A stretch of 64,000 nucleotides of DNA from Eutreptiella sp. 'Long Island Sound 2002' (lineage: Eukaryota > Protista > Euglenida), in NCBI GenBank assembly GCA_964036045.1, contig OZ038378.1, positions 181,164,001 through 181,228,000 of the forward strand, in the 5' to 3' direction. Position numbers and translations under genes: made by a program. Numbering within the stretch: position 1 is the stretch's first letter; each line of letters opens with the position of its first letter. Below, in pieces: positions 33,944 through 47,299 of the stretch. The notes beneath the pieces were generated by a model. It made no database searches. It was not told the origin of the DNA and was given only the letters and a program-made list of their open reading frames with translations.

Positions 33944-36633
33944 AATGTTTTGTAGATTGGTTGCTTCAGCCTTGTGACCCAAACCAGCTTTCTCCCATAG
34001 TTGACAATGGTTGGTTTTGAATGTGCAGTTCAGCAATGGTGTGTTTACAAAAAGAGAGTGTTTTGGGATTTATTTTGGCCAATTGCCAGGTGTTCATGAC
34101 TCCCCTTAACCAGCCCATAAATAAATACTGGCACGAAGTTTGTTGGCCAATGGCCAGTAGATTGTTTCTTTAGGTGTAAATTTTTGCCCCGCCCCTTTTT
34201 TTGAAAAATGTGGGGGGGGAAGTCTACCATTGTTCCTGCTTCATGCCTCCTTCTTCCTACCCCTTCCCCGCCTGGTTCACAAACAGACCATGTATTAATT
34301 CATGCCTGTGACGTGGACACCACTGGTTATTTTTCTTACAACCTGGTTGGATGTTGTTTATTCCTCGCTGCGATCTGCACGTCCCTACATCCCTGCATAG
34401 TTGTTTTACAACTCTGGATGAGTGTTGTTGGATCCTGATTGTGATCTACATATCCCTGTTGTGACGAGCGCATCATGTGCCCCCCCCCACCCCCCACATG
34501 TGTCTGTGGTGTGTGTGTTGTGTGTCCATTCCCTTGCGTGGCATGGATGCCACCCTGGGTAGGTGGGTGGAGGGTGTAGAGCGATGGGTGAAAACGTGTT
34601 GGGTGGGTGGTGATGGTGCGGTCGTAGGGCAATGGGTGGGGATTGGTGTGGTAGTACGAGTTGGGCCACATGCCTCTGCTCGCCCACCTCCTCCAACATG
34701 CGCCAAGATACACGTCCACATATGAGATATTCCTTGCTCTGGCAGCCTCACCCATTCGGGTGGCTTGCCGCCATTCCTTTGGCGTCCCAAGCAATGCCAA
34801 GCTTGGCCGGCTGGCGGCAGGGGCCATGAGTAACGGATACTAAGCTCGCATGTATCCCCGTGCCGCGGGCATATGATCATAGCTACGGATCACAGTTCAT
34901 TGTTTTGAATTGCTGCACTCAGCGCAAACCAAATCGGTACCAAATGTTGCCTTGAGTTCGCCGTACATTACAGCTATCGAATGTTTCCGGGGCTGCCTGG
35001 GTTAGCTCATCCCCTCCCATGGGCGCCGGTTAGACACAAACCTTGCACATAGGGGTTCAGGGCATCAGCATGTAACGCCCCTTGACCGGACGTTTTCATA
35101 TTTTGACCCCCTTCTTAGGCCACGCAAACTGCCCATTCCACGGGAAGCATACCTGTCAAACCAGCTGCCACACCTGCAGCTAGTGCCAACTTTAAAATGG
35201 GGGTCAAATGGGACCATTTTGACTTGCACCCTTTGGACCTACTAAAACGTGTTCCATTGAGGAGGTTAAAATGTGGTTTCGAGGAATTTGGTAGCTCAAG
35301 GGTAGTTGAACTTTACTATTTTGCAAGGTTGACATCACAACAAAAGCATATTCAAGGATCTTTCGACCCCACCCCCAATCACAGGGAGGGAAATCACACC
35401 GTTGAAGACACCCTAGCAAACAACAGGCAAGTGGCACAATAGTCGGGGTAGCATTGATACTGCGGACTAACGTTGGAAGATCTAGGACTCTAGCAGTCAG
35501 CAGTCCGAAAAGGTGTTGCAAAAGAGATAAACCTGGGTGCCAGCGTCGAAAAATAAAACCAAATGAAGTTGACAACGATCCTATTTCGATATTAGGGCCG
35601 CATAATAGAATTCGCATCGAGCCACCAGGGCCGGCTGGATTCCGGCAAAACACACTGTGACAAGTGCAATTGGGCGTTGAGCAGCTGGGGCTAGCTGCTT
35701 GTGAAGAAAACATAGAGAACAAAGTGTCAAAGTAGTGTGGCGCATGGAACACATGTTGAACAACAACAGAATTGATAGACAATTGTGGACAGTATACAAC
35801 AGATACATATACGGACATGGTGTAGTATTCAACATGGTAGTACACGAGACTGCGGTAATGGAATTCATTTTCCGGGCTCCCGACTGTCGCGGCCTTGTCG
35901 ATGTGTGCGGTCCCATTGGCAAAACGGAGTCTTTTCGGGCGTACATGTGCCGTGGGTCTGCTTTAGTGGGTGAATTCTTCTCGTGTCCTAATGTTGGTGC
36001 ACGTGTTGTTGTGGTACTCTTACTACCACTCTTGCACGGGCGCTTGGTACTGGCAGCATCCTGCTTTCGTTGGGCTTTGGTTTCTCCGCCTACGCGAATG
36101 CAGGCGGAGGGGCGTGTGCCTCATCCTCAACGGCATCCTCGTCACCATCCTCATCATCATTGTCAAGCTTTTTCTATTTTCCCCGGCAATCAATTGAGAC
36201 TCCAGCTAGTATCTAGTTTGTCATACCATTCCAATCAACACTCGGCACACCATCGACCTCCTTGCAACCCGCCACAGCATGTTGGACGAAGTGCTGTACT
36301 GCCACTTCCCCAAGGATACCTACCACCACAGTAAGAGGGAGATGGAATCGAACCATCACGGCACTAGGCAAAGCAGGTGACGCTGTTAGGAGGCGAAACC
36401 AAACTTCTGGTTACACGACAATCTCGGCAGCCAAACTTAGGAGGAATCCCACAACTTTGACAAGCAGGTACCCACCACTAGGAAACTTTGTCATCATAAT
36501 GTACCGCGGGACCTTAAGATGGTAGGCAAAATCGATTCTCGGAGGTGAAGCAACTGGCACCAACTGGAGCGAGGCTGAACGACGTTCACAGGCATCCAAA
36601 TGTCAGAGCCCAAGCAACACACACACACACAAA

Positions 36634-37568
36634 GTAGGGTAAAAACTACATAAATACGGGCTAAAACATGCTTTACATACCTTGGATGGTCATTTTAGGT
36701 GAGCACAATATCAAAAACATAAGTTTCGAAAACTTCGATTTTTGAGCTGTCCAAGGTGAAATATTGCATAAGCAGGTTGTGCACCAATCCCGTCTGATCC
36801 CCCCCCCCCTTTCCGGCACCCAATACCCAAATAGGGTGAAAAACACGTAAATATGGCCTAAAACATGCTTTACATACCTTGGATGGTCATTTTAGGTGAT
36901 CACAATATCAAAAACATAAGTTTCGAAAACTTCAATTTTTGAGCTGTATAGGCTGAAAAAATGCATAAGCAGGTTGTGTACCAATCCCGTTTGCCCCCCC
37001 CCCCCCCCCCCCGGCACCCAATACGCAAATGGGGTGAAAAACACGTAAATACGGCCTAAAATATGCTTTGCATAGCTTGCATGGTGATTTTAAGTGATCA
37101 CGGTATCAGAAAAATAAGTTTCGAAAACTTTGATTTTTGAGCTGCCCAGGGTGAAAAACTGAATTAGCAGGTTCTGGACCAATCCCTTGGGAGACCCCCC
37201 CCCCCCCCCTGCGCCCAATACCCAAATAGGGTGAAAAACACGTAAATACGGCCTAAAACATGCTTTACATAGCTTGGATGGTCATTTTAGGTGATCACAA
37301 TATCAAAAAAATAAGTTTCGAAAACTTCGATTTTTCAGCTGTCCAGGGTGAAAAATTGCATAAGCAGGCCGTGTACCAATCTCTTGGGAGACCCCCCCCC
37401 CCGGACCTAATACCCAAATAGGGTGAAAAACACGTAAATACGGCCTAAAATATGCTTTACATAGCTTGGATGGTCATTTTGGGTGATCACAATATCATAA
37501 AAATAAGTTTCGAAAACTTCGATTTTTCAGCTGCCCAGGGTGAAAAACTGCATAAGCAGGTTGTGCAC
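36634..37568. repeat. ~195-bp tandem satellite, about 4.7 units
   Basis: Units begin (A/G)GGGT at 36636, 36833, 37031, 37228 and 37420; length varies with an internal poly-C run. Confidence 0.9.
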
Positions 37569-40500
37569 TGGCCCCATTCACTGGGCCATTATTGGTGGAC
37601 ACAATTATTTCGCGTCTTTGACATGGGTTTTGACCGGCCCCCGGCAGGGCTAGAGACTGCAAAAAATGTCCTTTCGTACACTAGTAGGCATATACTGTCA
37701 AACATCCCCACTCACACCCCTCAGAGTGCAACCCCTCCCACCTCAAACACAACACAGAAAATGGCGATCAGCAGGCGCATGCAGCATCCTTCTGTATTTC
37801 CATCGTTTCTGCCCTGGGTTCTGCAACAGGGATGGGTGTCATGGACATGGTGACGTGATAAACTACAAAGCACATGCAACTGCCTACATTGTGTCACAAA
37901 TCGGATCTATGTACAGCCCAAAGTCGTTGGCTGGGACTGAGGAGTGCACCCTGCACCAACTGAGCATTGGGGATGAAGCGTCACAAAGATCACATGCACC
38001 TCAACGCCCAGGATGGCTGCAGGGCAACCATGGGCGCTGACCTCGCCCATCGTTTCGACCAGAATCAAGAAAATTGAGCGAGGTGCCCAGAAAAAGGGCC
38101 CAGGGTCACTGGGAAGGGAGGGCAGAAGCAGGACCCGTCCAGAAGGTATTTTGAAGCACAGGGTAATGACAAGTTTGAGTCCACACCGACCAATACAGAG
38201 GGTGGTGCCCCATAAAGCTTTTGCAGGCTTGTATCTGCAGGGGTATGCAGATCTGTCTGTGCAATCGGGTCAGATTTTCGCTATTACCTCTCTCACGAAG
38301 GGAAACAGACACACACACAAACACACACACACACAAACACACACATACGCCGACACACACACATACATACACACATACACACTGACTCACTCAAGGTCAC
38401 CACCCACCCAGGCACGCGCGCATGCGCACACACACCATTCACTCTTGCGGCCCAATGCCCCAATGCCCCGGTTTGCTGGAGTAGTATGGGCCCCGATACA
38501 CAATTGAGCAGCAACACCTCATCAATCTTTCTTTCACCTCTCACTACCACGTCCTGACAAGCACATGCCGAATGGCACAAACAAGCGGTACTAGACGGCT
38601 GCGTGCTCAGACAAACGTGGGATTGTGCCACAGGCAGTGATACTACTGTGGACAGGAATCAGCACTGCGTTTGAAAATTCGCCCTTCTCTGTGTTCGAAA
38701 AATTTTGATTTTCGGCCAAAACCCTAAACCCCCTGACACGCGGCACCGTTTGCCATCGCCCCATTCATTCCTGCATGGCTTGGGTGCACTGCACTGCCGT
38801 GGCTTGGTACAGCACCAAGCCTCAAAGCGCTTCCAATAGTGTACCAGTGCAATGTGTCTTCTCGGGTTGCTTCAGTGCCATGCCTGACCATACTTTCATA
38901 CAGTAGCACGTGCATTGGCATTCCTCTGAAAAAAAGCCTCAGAACCCAGATGTTACTCAAACCCACCGCTGGGCGAAGAAATCAACGATCACACATGCAC
39001 AGAGGACAGTGCTGTGCACATGCGACAACATGTTGCAGTTAGATGTGGGGGACGGGAGGGGCCCAAGTGCATACCATTAATATTCAAATCGGAGAGAAGT
39101 GAGAAGTGCGGAAGACAATTGAGAAGTCTGAGGTATGGTAAATGCATCTCAAAAAGAGAGTTCGGGTGGGTCCCGATCCGATCGCACTTTACGTCCTGGA
39201 CTTCGGGAATCGGAGTGAGTTACGCAGGGGAGCAGGGTTCGCTGAGTTAGGCTGGACAAAGCTGCAGAGGATTGGGAGATGGTCATTGGGGATTGCAGAC
39301 AGTTAGAGACGAGAACAGGGATGTGGATTGTTGATGGTTGTGGTTGTGAAAGATGGTGAACGATGGTTGTGGGGAGCAAAGAACGGGTAAGGGTTGGTGA
39401 GGACCACAGTAGGTGGTACCCGATGGCGCAAGGTTGAAGACAGGAGATTGCATCAGGGTGGCTTGTCAGTGGGACAAGCAAGACACTGATGACCCATGCA
39501 GCCCCTGCACTATCCACCAGCCATTCATGAAGGGGCAGGGATGGAAACCCACAGCACGTCCGACCCAAGTGGATTTGTCCACCTACACAACCGCACGCGT
39601 GGCACTGCCCCATGAGGGACGCATAGCGCAGCCGGTGACATCTGGCCGGATGACTGATGGTTATAAACGGGCGGTTATGATGACGGTTCTTACCGCCGCA
39701 AAACAGCCCAAAAAGGAACATCTGGAACACTGCAGAACACTGCAAACCAGTAACACAACTTCAAAGAAACACGCCACGGGAGACAGAACCGCGCGACCCG
39801 CCATCAACACACACTAACAGACAGCAAAAACCCCGGAAAATCCGAAAACCCATCCCAAACCTCGACAGTCACTGATGCTCTTCTGCCGTTCTGCGGACTC
39901 CAATCAGCCTTTCACCTTTGACAGACGCTCAGTGTAGCCCTGGGCCGCTTGACATGGGGAATCGGGAGGGGCTGGGGGGGGGGGGGGGGCACAAAGGGGG
40001 CGGGGAAGGGGCAGGAGTTGCAGTGTGGATGAGATTGGCGTGTCCGTCCCACTGTTCGCCGTTGCAGCCTACTGCACCACTGGCGCCCCCTCTCGTGCCA
40101 GCACTGAAAGGCTGCACATCCACATCCAGTCATTCCTAGACTGGGAAATTTGGAGGTTGAAGTTTGGGGGACGGGGAGGGGTTGCGGGATGAAAGTCAAG
40201 AAAGATGGACCAGTTAATGACGCATTTATTCCACCTTTTTCGAGGGAATACCAAGCGATGCAGCATCTGGGCTACTCGCCGCACGCAGGCGACAACCTGC
40301 GTTGCTCATCTTTGGGCATTGCTCCAGCAGACTGCGTGCAGACATCACGCCGTGCCACTGCTGCCCTGTGGCCGGTGGTTGGCGCAGCGTCTCCTCACAA
40401 GGGCCTGCGCACTGTGCGCTTCGGAGCTTGCGCCTCCAACCGCATGTCAGGGCATGTCAGAGGGATGGCTCAGACGTGCCTGGTCAGTGGCCCGAAGCGG

Positions 40501-43500
40501 GCTAAAGAAGGGAAAGAGGGCGGGGGGAGGGGGTTTGAATGAAGACTGGTTGGGGACCGAGAGCCCTGTGCCATGTCTTTTCTATGATCCGCTGTTGTTG
40601 GTCAAGGACAGCTCTGGGGGAAAGGGGTGGGGCTGGGAGGGCGATGGGTGAAGGCCGGGGAGGGGGGAGTCGCATCTGGGAAGCCGCATGGTGGCCGTGG
40701 TACAGCAACTGCTGCCACCGCTATAGCCACAGCAAATGGGGGAATGAGATCCCAGATTGCACCCGAGCAGGGTTTTGCTTGAGCCGGGGGAGGGGGTCTA
40801 GGGGATGGGGGGAGGCCCCCCTCCCCCGGTCGGAATGAGGCTTCAAGCAAAACCCCCTCGGGACGGTCACATACAACCATGCAGGAGCACGGCAGCACTC
40901 AATATCATGCAAACACAAAGCGCACAAGCCCACAACCAACCACAAAACTTAGGGCGATGACCACGATGGATCGGACTCCAACTTCTTGAGCATGTCAAAG
41001 AAATGACTCTTTGGGGTATAAGGGGGCGGATGTGGGCCCCGGTTGGCGTACGCAGCAGCAGTGGGCTGCAGCTGCGGATAGTAAGGATCCTACAGAAGCG
41101 CGAACAAGGAGAGCGTTTGGGTGTGTGATTGGGGGGGGGGGGGGCAAGCAGGGGTGCACTGGCTGGGCAGGTATCCCCCCCGAGCATCACTGAGACCTGC
41201 GGGGGGGGGGGGTGCAAAGCCAAGCAACTGGCAGTCGCAGAAGCCTTTGGGGGCGCCAAAAGGTCACCCAGAAAGAAATAGGGCGGGGTGGGGGTACGCC
41301 CCCATTTGTTGGACAACACGCGGCTCGTGTACATCCCGCAGAAGTCCCCAAATCATCTGCGTGGGAGGTCTTTGCTGGTCATGACACTAGGGCTTGGGAG
41401 TTGTTGCGAACTATTATTCCATTGGAAAGATGCCACAGTAAACAGTCGGTCTCGATGGTGATAATACATTTGGCACCCAACAATACCACTTCCCAAAGGT
41501 AGTGTAGCTGTGGGCAAAACGTAGATTTGACCAGGAGGGGTGGGAGTGACCCAAACCGTCTTCACATGCATCTGACAGCCGTCCAGCGGGTTTGGTTTCG
41601 TATTTGCTTTCTGTTTGTGTGTATGTGTGTGTATGTGTGTGTGTGTGTTTTGGGGACTGCGGTTGTGTGGTTTGGTGAACCATGGGGACAGGGGTGGGGG
41701 GGGGGGGGGACGGAGGGGCAGGTGCAGGGCAGGAGGGTCAGAGATGAGGGAGGGGGATTTGGAATGGGAAAGAGAAAATTTGGGGAGATGCCCCCCTCAG
41801 GGCCTAGTCCGCCCAAATTTAAGCCACCACAAGGCGAAGGTGCTGGCCTTGGGCTGGTTGTCCCCTTTCAACAAAAAAGCCCGGAGTTTGCATGGTCAGA
41901 GCGGCACAAGCCCATGCGATCATGCAGGCGGACCCAGCACACAAAAACGCCCAGTGACTACAATGCCAGAGCGACGTCAACCCCTGTGGTATAGTGGGAG
42001 AGTAAACATGTCAAAACCTGCGCTGGGTAGCTCCACAATTTTCCTACACCCCAAATTCCCCTAAACAATACAACCCCAAAAAAAGAGGTATGTACTTTTG
42101 TCTTGGCAGCCTTGTCCTCAATAAATGTAGTGCAAACAAGGGAACATGGGTGTGCAACCATCAACTGGCGTGAGGAGGGCCCAGAGACAGCAATCAACTT
42201 TTTCCCTCGCGCTACAAGGTAGTCATCGCCGTGGTGAGGGAGAGTGTGCTATGCTACTGCTAACCCATGCCATTTCCCTGGAGGCGGTGCACACAACCTG
42301 CGGGGAGAACACACCCCATTTCCCTCCCTTATCAGGACAGCATGATGAGTATCACCCGCTTCCCCAGAGGAAGACGGGACAGATTTCTCACCCCACCTGC
42401 CCAAAACACAGTGCGCCACAGAGCAAAAAAGACACACAGAGAAACACAAGCAGTTGCGACCAAACAGCGGCTCTGCACCATGAGCAATGGGGAAAGCTGT
42501 GCAGTTCCCAAACATAACAGCACAAAGAGGACCCAGCAGGGAGCAACACAGAAGGACGCACCACCCACAACCAGAGCAACAAAGGCGCGCAGCACGGTGG
42601 AAAATAGAGGGGTTGGGGGTGTGGAAGGAAAAGAGCGAAATAAGTGCCAAATGACCCCATGATTAGACCCCCCTTTCGACTGTTGACATGGAATGCGCCA
42701 GTCACGTGAGGACATCCAGGCCGAGGAACATTTGTGCACAAGAGCACAGGGCATCACACAAAGCACACGACAAGACCGTCCAAACGTCACGGCCAAACGA
42801 CCTGGTGGTTGGATCTCCCCAAAGTCAACGGGGTACATCCCACAGGAGAGGACATCCGCACTAGTCGCAGTGCTACAAAGCCCAGAGAGCCAGAGAAGAT
42901 GCATGGCCCGAGGTGCAGAAAAGGCGCAGACGAGAAGGTTTAGCATCAGGCAGGTCTGAAGGTGTCTTGTGCCCAAGGGGCCCCTATGCCCGATTCTGCC
43001 ACACTCGAAAGCGCGTGTGCCAGAGGCGGGTGAGCAGGGTAGCTCGGTGAGCTCATGGAGTTGGCCTACTTACTGCAACAGGGCAACAGTCCCACAGAAC
43101 CATAGCTGAGGCGTAGCTAAGGTGTGCCAATATGGATTGCAAGGCTCATGCCATGTAGCTGGTAATGGCTGGTCACGGGCCTCCTCCTCCTCTGTCTTGG
43201 AAGGGGGCCCCAGAATTTTTCTTCCGGCACCAATGGTCATGCCAGGTCCAAGCCCGGCTACCTTGGCCAACTAAGTGTGGCTGAAGGCCAGGGAGGGGGG
43301 CCCCATAGTGGCCATGGTACAGCAACTGTTGCCACAGCTATAGCTACAGCTAATAGCGACCACCACTTTTTTGGGTAGCTGAGAAAAGGATTTCGATGCA
43401 CTGGATCTCCAGCAGCAGCTTCGGTGCAATTTCAGCGCGTCTGGAGTCTCCTTAGCAAGACATGCTACTAGCACCCGGCAGTTTCACTGCACTGCAATAG

Positions 43501-44295
43501 GACTCGGTCCGTGCCATATCACACTGCATGTTTTGCAATCACATGGCACTGCTTTCTGGTGCTGTCGTGTTGTTGTGCAAAATGGAAAACGAGGCTGAAG
43601 GAGCGTACCATCTGTGACATGGGATGCATTTGTACCGTGTTTCGGGTGCAACAGCAGCGGATAGCAGTTAATGCCCCCCATGATGCCGCTGCGACAAATG
43701 TCTTCTTTCGTGTGCCACATCAAAGCATAACCACTGCGTCCACTGCAGTGCTGTGGTATTGACAGGCCACTCCACAACGTCCAAAATCGCGAATTTCCAA
43801 CCATTCGCAAGTCAATTGCCTACTTCGTGCGCCTGCAGTTGCTATTGCCATGGCACGTGCACGAAGTGCAGAGTCTCTCCTTCTAAGCCCTTGGTCTGTG
43901 CCTATGCCAATTGCATGCGCATACCGGTGCTGCCTGGTGCATGTAGGCGGCAGGGACCATGGGGCCCGCCACCCCTTTCATATACGATGGCGGTGGAGGG
44001 CCGTAGGCAGGAGCGCCATACGGGCTGGCTCTTGGAGGATAGCGGAGGCTGCTGGACGGTGCAGGTCTGGGTGCCGACCTTGGGGCATGGCTTGGGGGAA
44101 TGGGAGTCAGACTGGGGTGACCCACAGTCCAAGTCATATCTGGGCTGATCTCTGAAACAATGAAAAAAAAATAGAAAGAAGCCTTCATGGGGCGGGCGGG
44201 GCGCGGGGGGGGGGGGGGGGTGAATTGTGGTGAGTTGCGTTGGCGCTGTGCTGCGGTGTTGTTGCACTATGTTGTGTTATATTGGTGCTGGTGCT

Positions 44296-47290
44296 ATGAC
44301 ATGTTGTGGTGTGGTGCGGTGTGGTGTGGTGTGCCATGGCGTGGTGTGATGTGCCGAAGGCGCTGCTACCAGAAGGCAAAGGCCGGGATGTCTTCCCACG
44401 GGTACAGGTAAACGGGAGGGCTGCGTGCGAGTGTGTTTCATGCGGCAGAAGGCGGGAATCAGGGATGGATATAATGGGGGGGGGGGGGTCCGGCCCGGAC
44501 CCCCCCACCCCCCCCCTTGGTCACAAAAAAGGTCACGATATTTGGTCACAAAAAACGTGACCCACAACCGGCTGTTTTGGGCAGCCCTCTGCCCGTACAT
44601 GTGCATGGGAGGGGGGGGTTTATGCAACATGGGATACACAGCACATTTGACACGCACAGTGCACTGAGTATGGACCATCACGAATGTCATCCAGGGTCAT
44701 TCAATGTCATTCACTGTCATCCCTTCCAGTGACAAAATTGTCTTGCTCGCTGCAGCTACGACTACTTGACGGCTCATTATCACTGTCACACGACATTCCA
44801 CCGTAGACACGTTATTTGGTCACGATATTTTTTGGGTTTGCAATTTCCCACTATGGCCCTTTATTTTTTTGTGACTAGTCACAAAAAATGACGCCCCCCC
44901 CCCCCCGACCCGGACCCCCAGAGTGGCGCCAAAATTATATCCATCCCTGGCGCAAATGGGGAGACCTGGAGGCCCCCCACTAGGCCATGGTTGTTAGCCC
45001 AGGGGCTCCCGCGGGACTCCCTCCCGCTCCGCCTACTGGTGCAGGTGTAGTTAACACCCACGCCATCGGGCTGTTCGGGCCCAGCCGGGCCTTCAGCAGC
45101 GTGGCGCGCGCCTTGGCGTGGGCGTACCATACCCTGATGGACTCCTCGATGACATGGCGCACGAACTCTGTCCCCAATGTATGGGGCCCGGAGCAGTCCA
45201 TGTTGGCCCGTTGCATGGAGGGGGTGCGCACTGCAGCCGCCCCTACTCCACAACAGCCGGCTCCCACAACTGGTTACACATAGACACAGCCCGGCGCCCC
45301 CACACTCCGGTCAAGCCACATTGCGAGCCGCTGACGGGCCGGTCGCCACTCATGGGACTAGGCTGAGCAGACCCATAGGTGGGGTGATGTTTCTTGTTGC
45401 ACTCCACACACGAGGCACGTTGTGTCTAGCACGTGGCACGGTGAGATGACTAGTGCACCAGGACAGTCATCGTTGGAATGTTGTCCATGCGGTGCGCCGA
45501 TATATGGCGCTAACGGTCACTGTCAAACCAGTCGAGGGGGATGCCACTTGCCGGCGCGTAGTCGGCCCCCCAACGAGCCTCATATCCGACCCGCGCCAAG
45601 ATGGAGGCCTGCTCCTGCAACTAGTCGCCCAGCGCCGTGGGGGAAAGCTGGCACTTGTCCCGGTAGGTCAACAGGGGCACAAAAGAGCAGGGGCGGCGGA
45701 GGAGCCACGTCTGGTCTACCTCCAGCGGATCTTGCGTCGCCGCATCCACCCAGACATTGAGGCCCGTGATCCGGTGCGACGGCATGGTGATCACGTTTAT
45801 GGCCGAGGCAGGGGCCAAACGGCTGCCCCCCAGGACCGTGGCATGCAAATGGTGAATGCCATCTCCACGGTGGCCTCCCTCTTGGTAGGTGCGGAGGGTC
45901 CCCACTGCGGCCCGAATCCGGCACCAGCCAATAAACCCCTGGCTGCACAGCCAGTCGCCGGACATAGGACAGGAGGATCATGGCCTCCCCTTCCTGGGAG
46001 GTGCCCACCTTGGAAGCAAAATGGGCCTGGTACGCTCCAGCCAACTGGGCGACCCCTGCCATAGCCATGCCCTCGGGCGTCATCCCAGCATCCACCGCAA
46101 CAACGGTGCCACGGAGGGTTGCCAGCACCGGCAGGTCATGGAACCAGATTCCTAGCTCGGTTTTAGGGGCTAGGACCTTGGGGGGGTCGGTAGCCAGCCC
46201 ATGCGGCGCAAGTAGCGCAAGGTCCCCATGGTGCTCCCGGAGATGCATCTTCAAGGCAGGGTGGAGCTCGGCCGGCAGCGTACTCACTGTGTGGAGTGAG
46301 CAGTACGGGGGGGCTTTGTATGGGTGCCCTGGGCACTTGTGTGTCACGCACACGGCGGGATATTTAAAACTTGGCCACCGCGGCCAGCGCTATGGCAATC
46401 CATGGCCACGGCGGCACCGGAGTAGTCGCCGTGACCAAGGGGGCGGGCGATGTTTGCGCCCTTTGCCGGTAGGCTGTTGTCGGCGGTCCACACAGCTAGA
46501 CGATGGTGGGCGCAATCACCCTTGTGCCCCGGAGACGATCCAGGGACACATGCTAGTGGTCTTCCCACAACCGGGCGTGTAGCGGCACATTCACTTACAC
46601 CTGCACATCCAGTAGGGCCACCAAAAGGCGGTGCAACCGGGTGTCATTGGGCATCACATCAGGAGGCTGGCAGCACACCCGGAGTTCCGGCGCCCAGCGC
46701 TCCGCCTGCATGGCCGCCTTCATGGTGGTACAGACCTTCACGGCATACCCCTTGTGGTATATGGTCTCCTCCTTGGTGGCTTTCGCCTCCCGCCCCCCGA
46801 CGATTGCCTCCGCTGAGTGGTGCGGCCCCATACGCTTGCAGCGCTACCACCAAGTCGCTCTCCAACCCGGCCTGCATCGCCTTGTCGCTGACGGCCTTGA
46901 GTTGCTCCTCCGAGCACAAGAGAACCTTGGGCATTCGCTGTTTCGCAAGCTGGGCTTCCAGGTCGGCTATTTCCTTTTGTACGGGGTCCACCTCTGGCAC
47001 ATGTTGTGGCCGGTACTCAGGCACAGCGCCCGGGATCCAATCCTTGAGAGCGGCCTGCCACCCCGTCATGGGCGCGCACAGAAGGGGCACCAAGACGGCG
47101 TTGTGGCGGGCAAGCCACGCTCGGAGGCCCGGGATTACTTTGCGGGTTGGTGCCCTTTCCTTCAGGGCCCGCTCCCCGACGAGCCGGTGATCTAGAGTGT
47201 ACAAATCCCCTGGATGGTGGTACCCCAGTGCGAGTATCGTCTCATAGACCGTGGGGGGGACGACCACCTACGTGACGCCACCATACTGGG
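44296..47290 (-). mobile_element. Old LINE 3' half (post-RT region, RNase H, CCHC, 3' UTR, decayed (CACCA)n tail)
   Basis: Colinear with the young copies (e.g. VVAVDAG..TSQEGEAMILL..WLVPDS); same terminal CCGAAGGCGCTG(C/T)TACC next to GTGTG repeats. Confidence 0.85.
44460..44949. mobile_element. 490-bp hAT-like MITE inserted in the LINE 3' UTR
   Basis: Perfect 16-bp TIR CAGGGATGGATATAAT / ATTATATCCATCCCTG; flanks GCGGGAAT and GCGCAAAT agree at 6 of 8 positions, consistent with a decayed 8-bp TSD. Confidence 0.8.
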
Positions 47291-47299
47291 TGGGGAATA

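Noticed and set aside
33735-34036. Poly-Ser, poly-Glu, poly-Pro and poly-Leu ORFs
   Set aside because: Translations of the (CCT)n microsatellite
35650-35700. HCDKCN as the start of a DHHC palmitoyltransferase motif
   Set aside because: No DHHC follows in any frame and stops intervene
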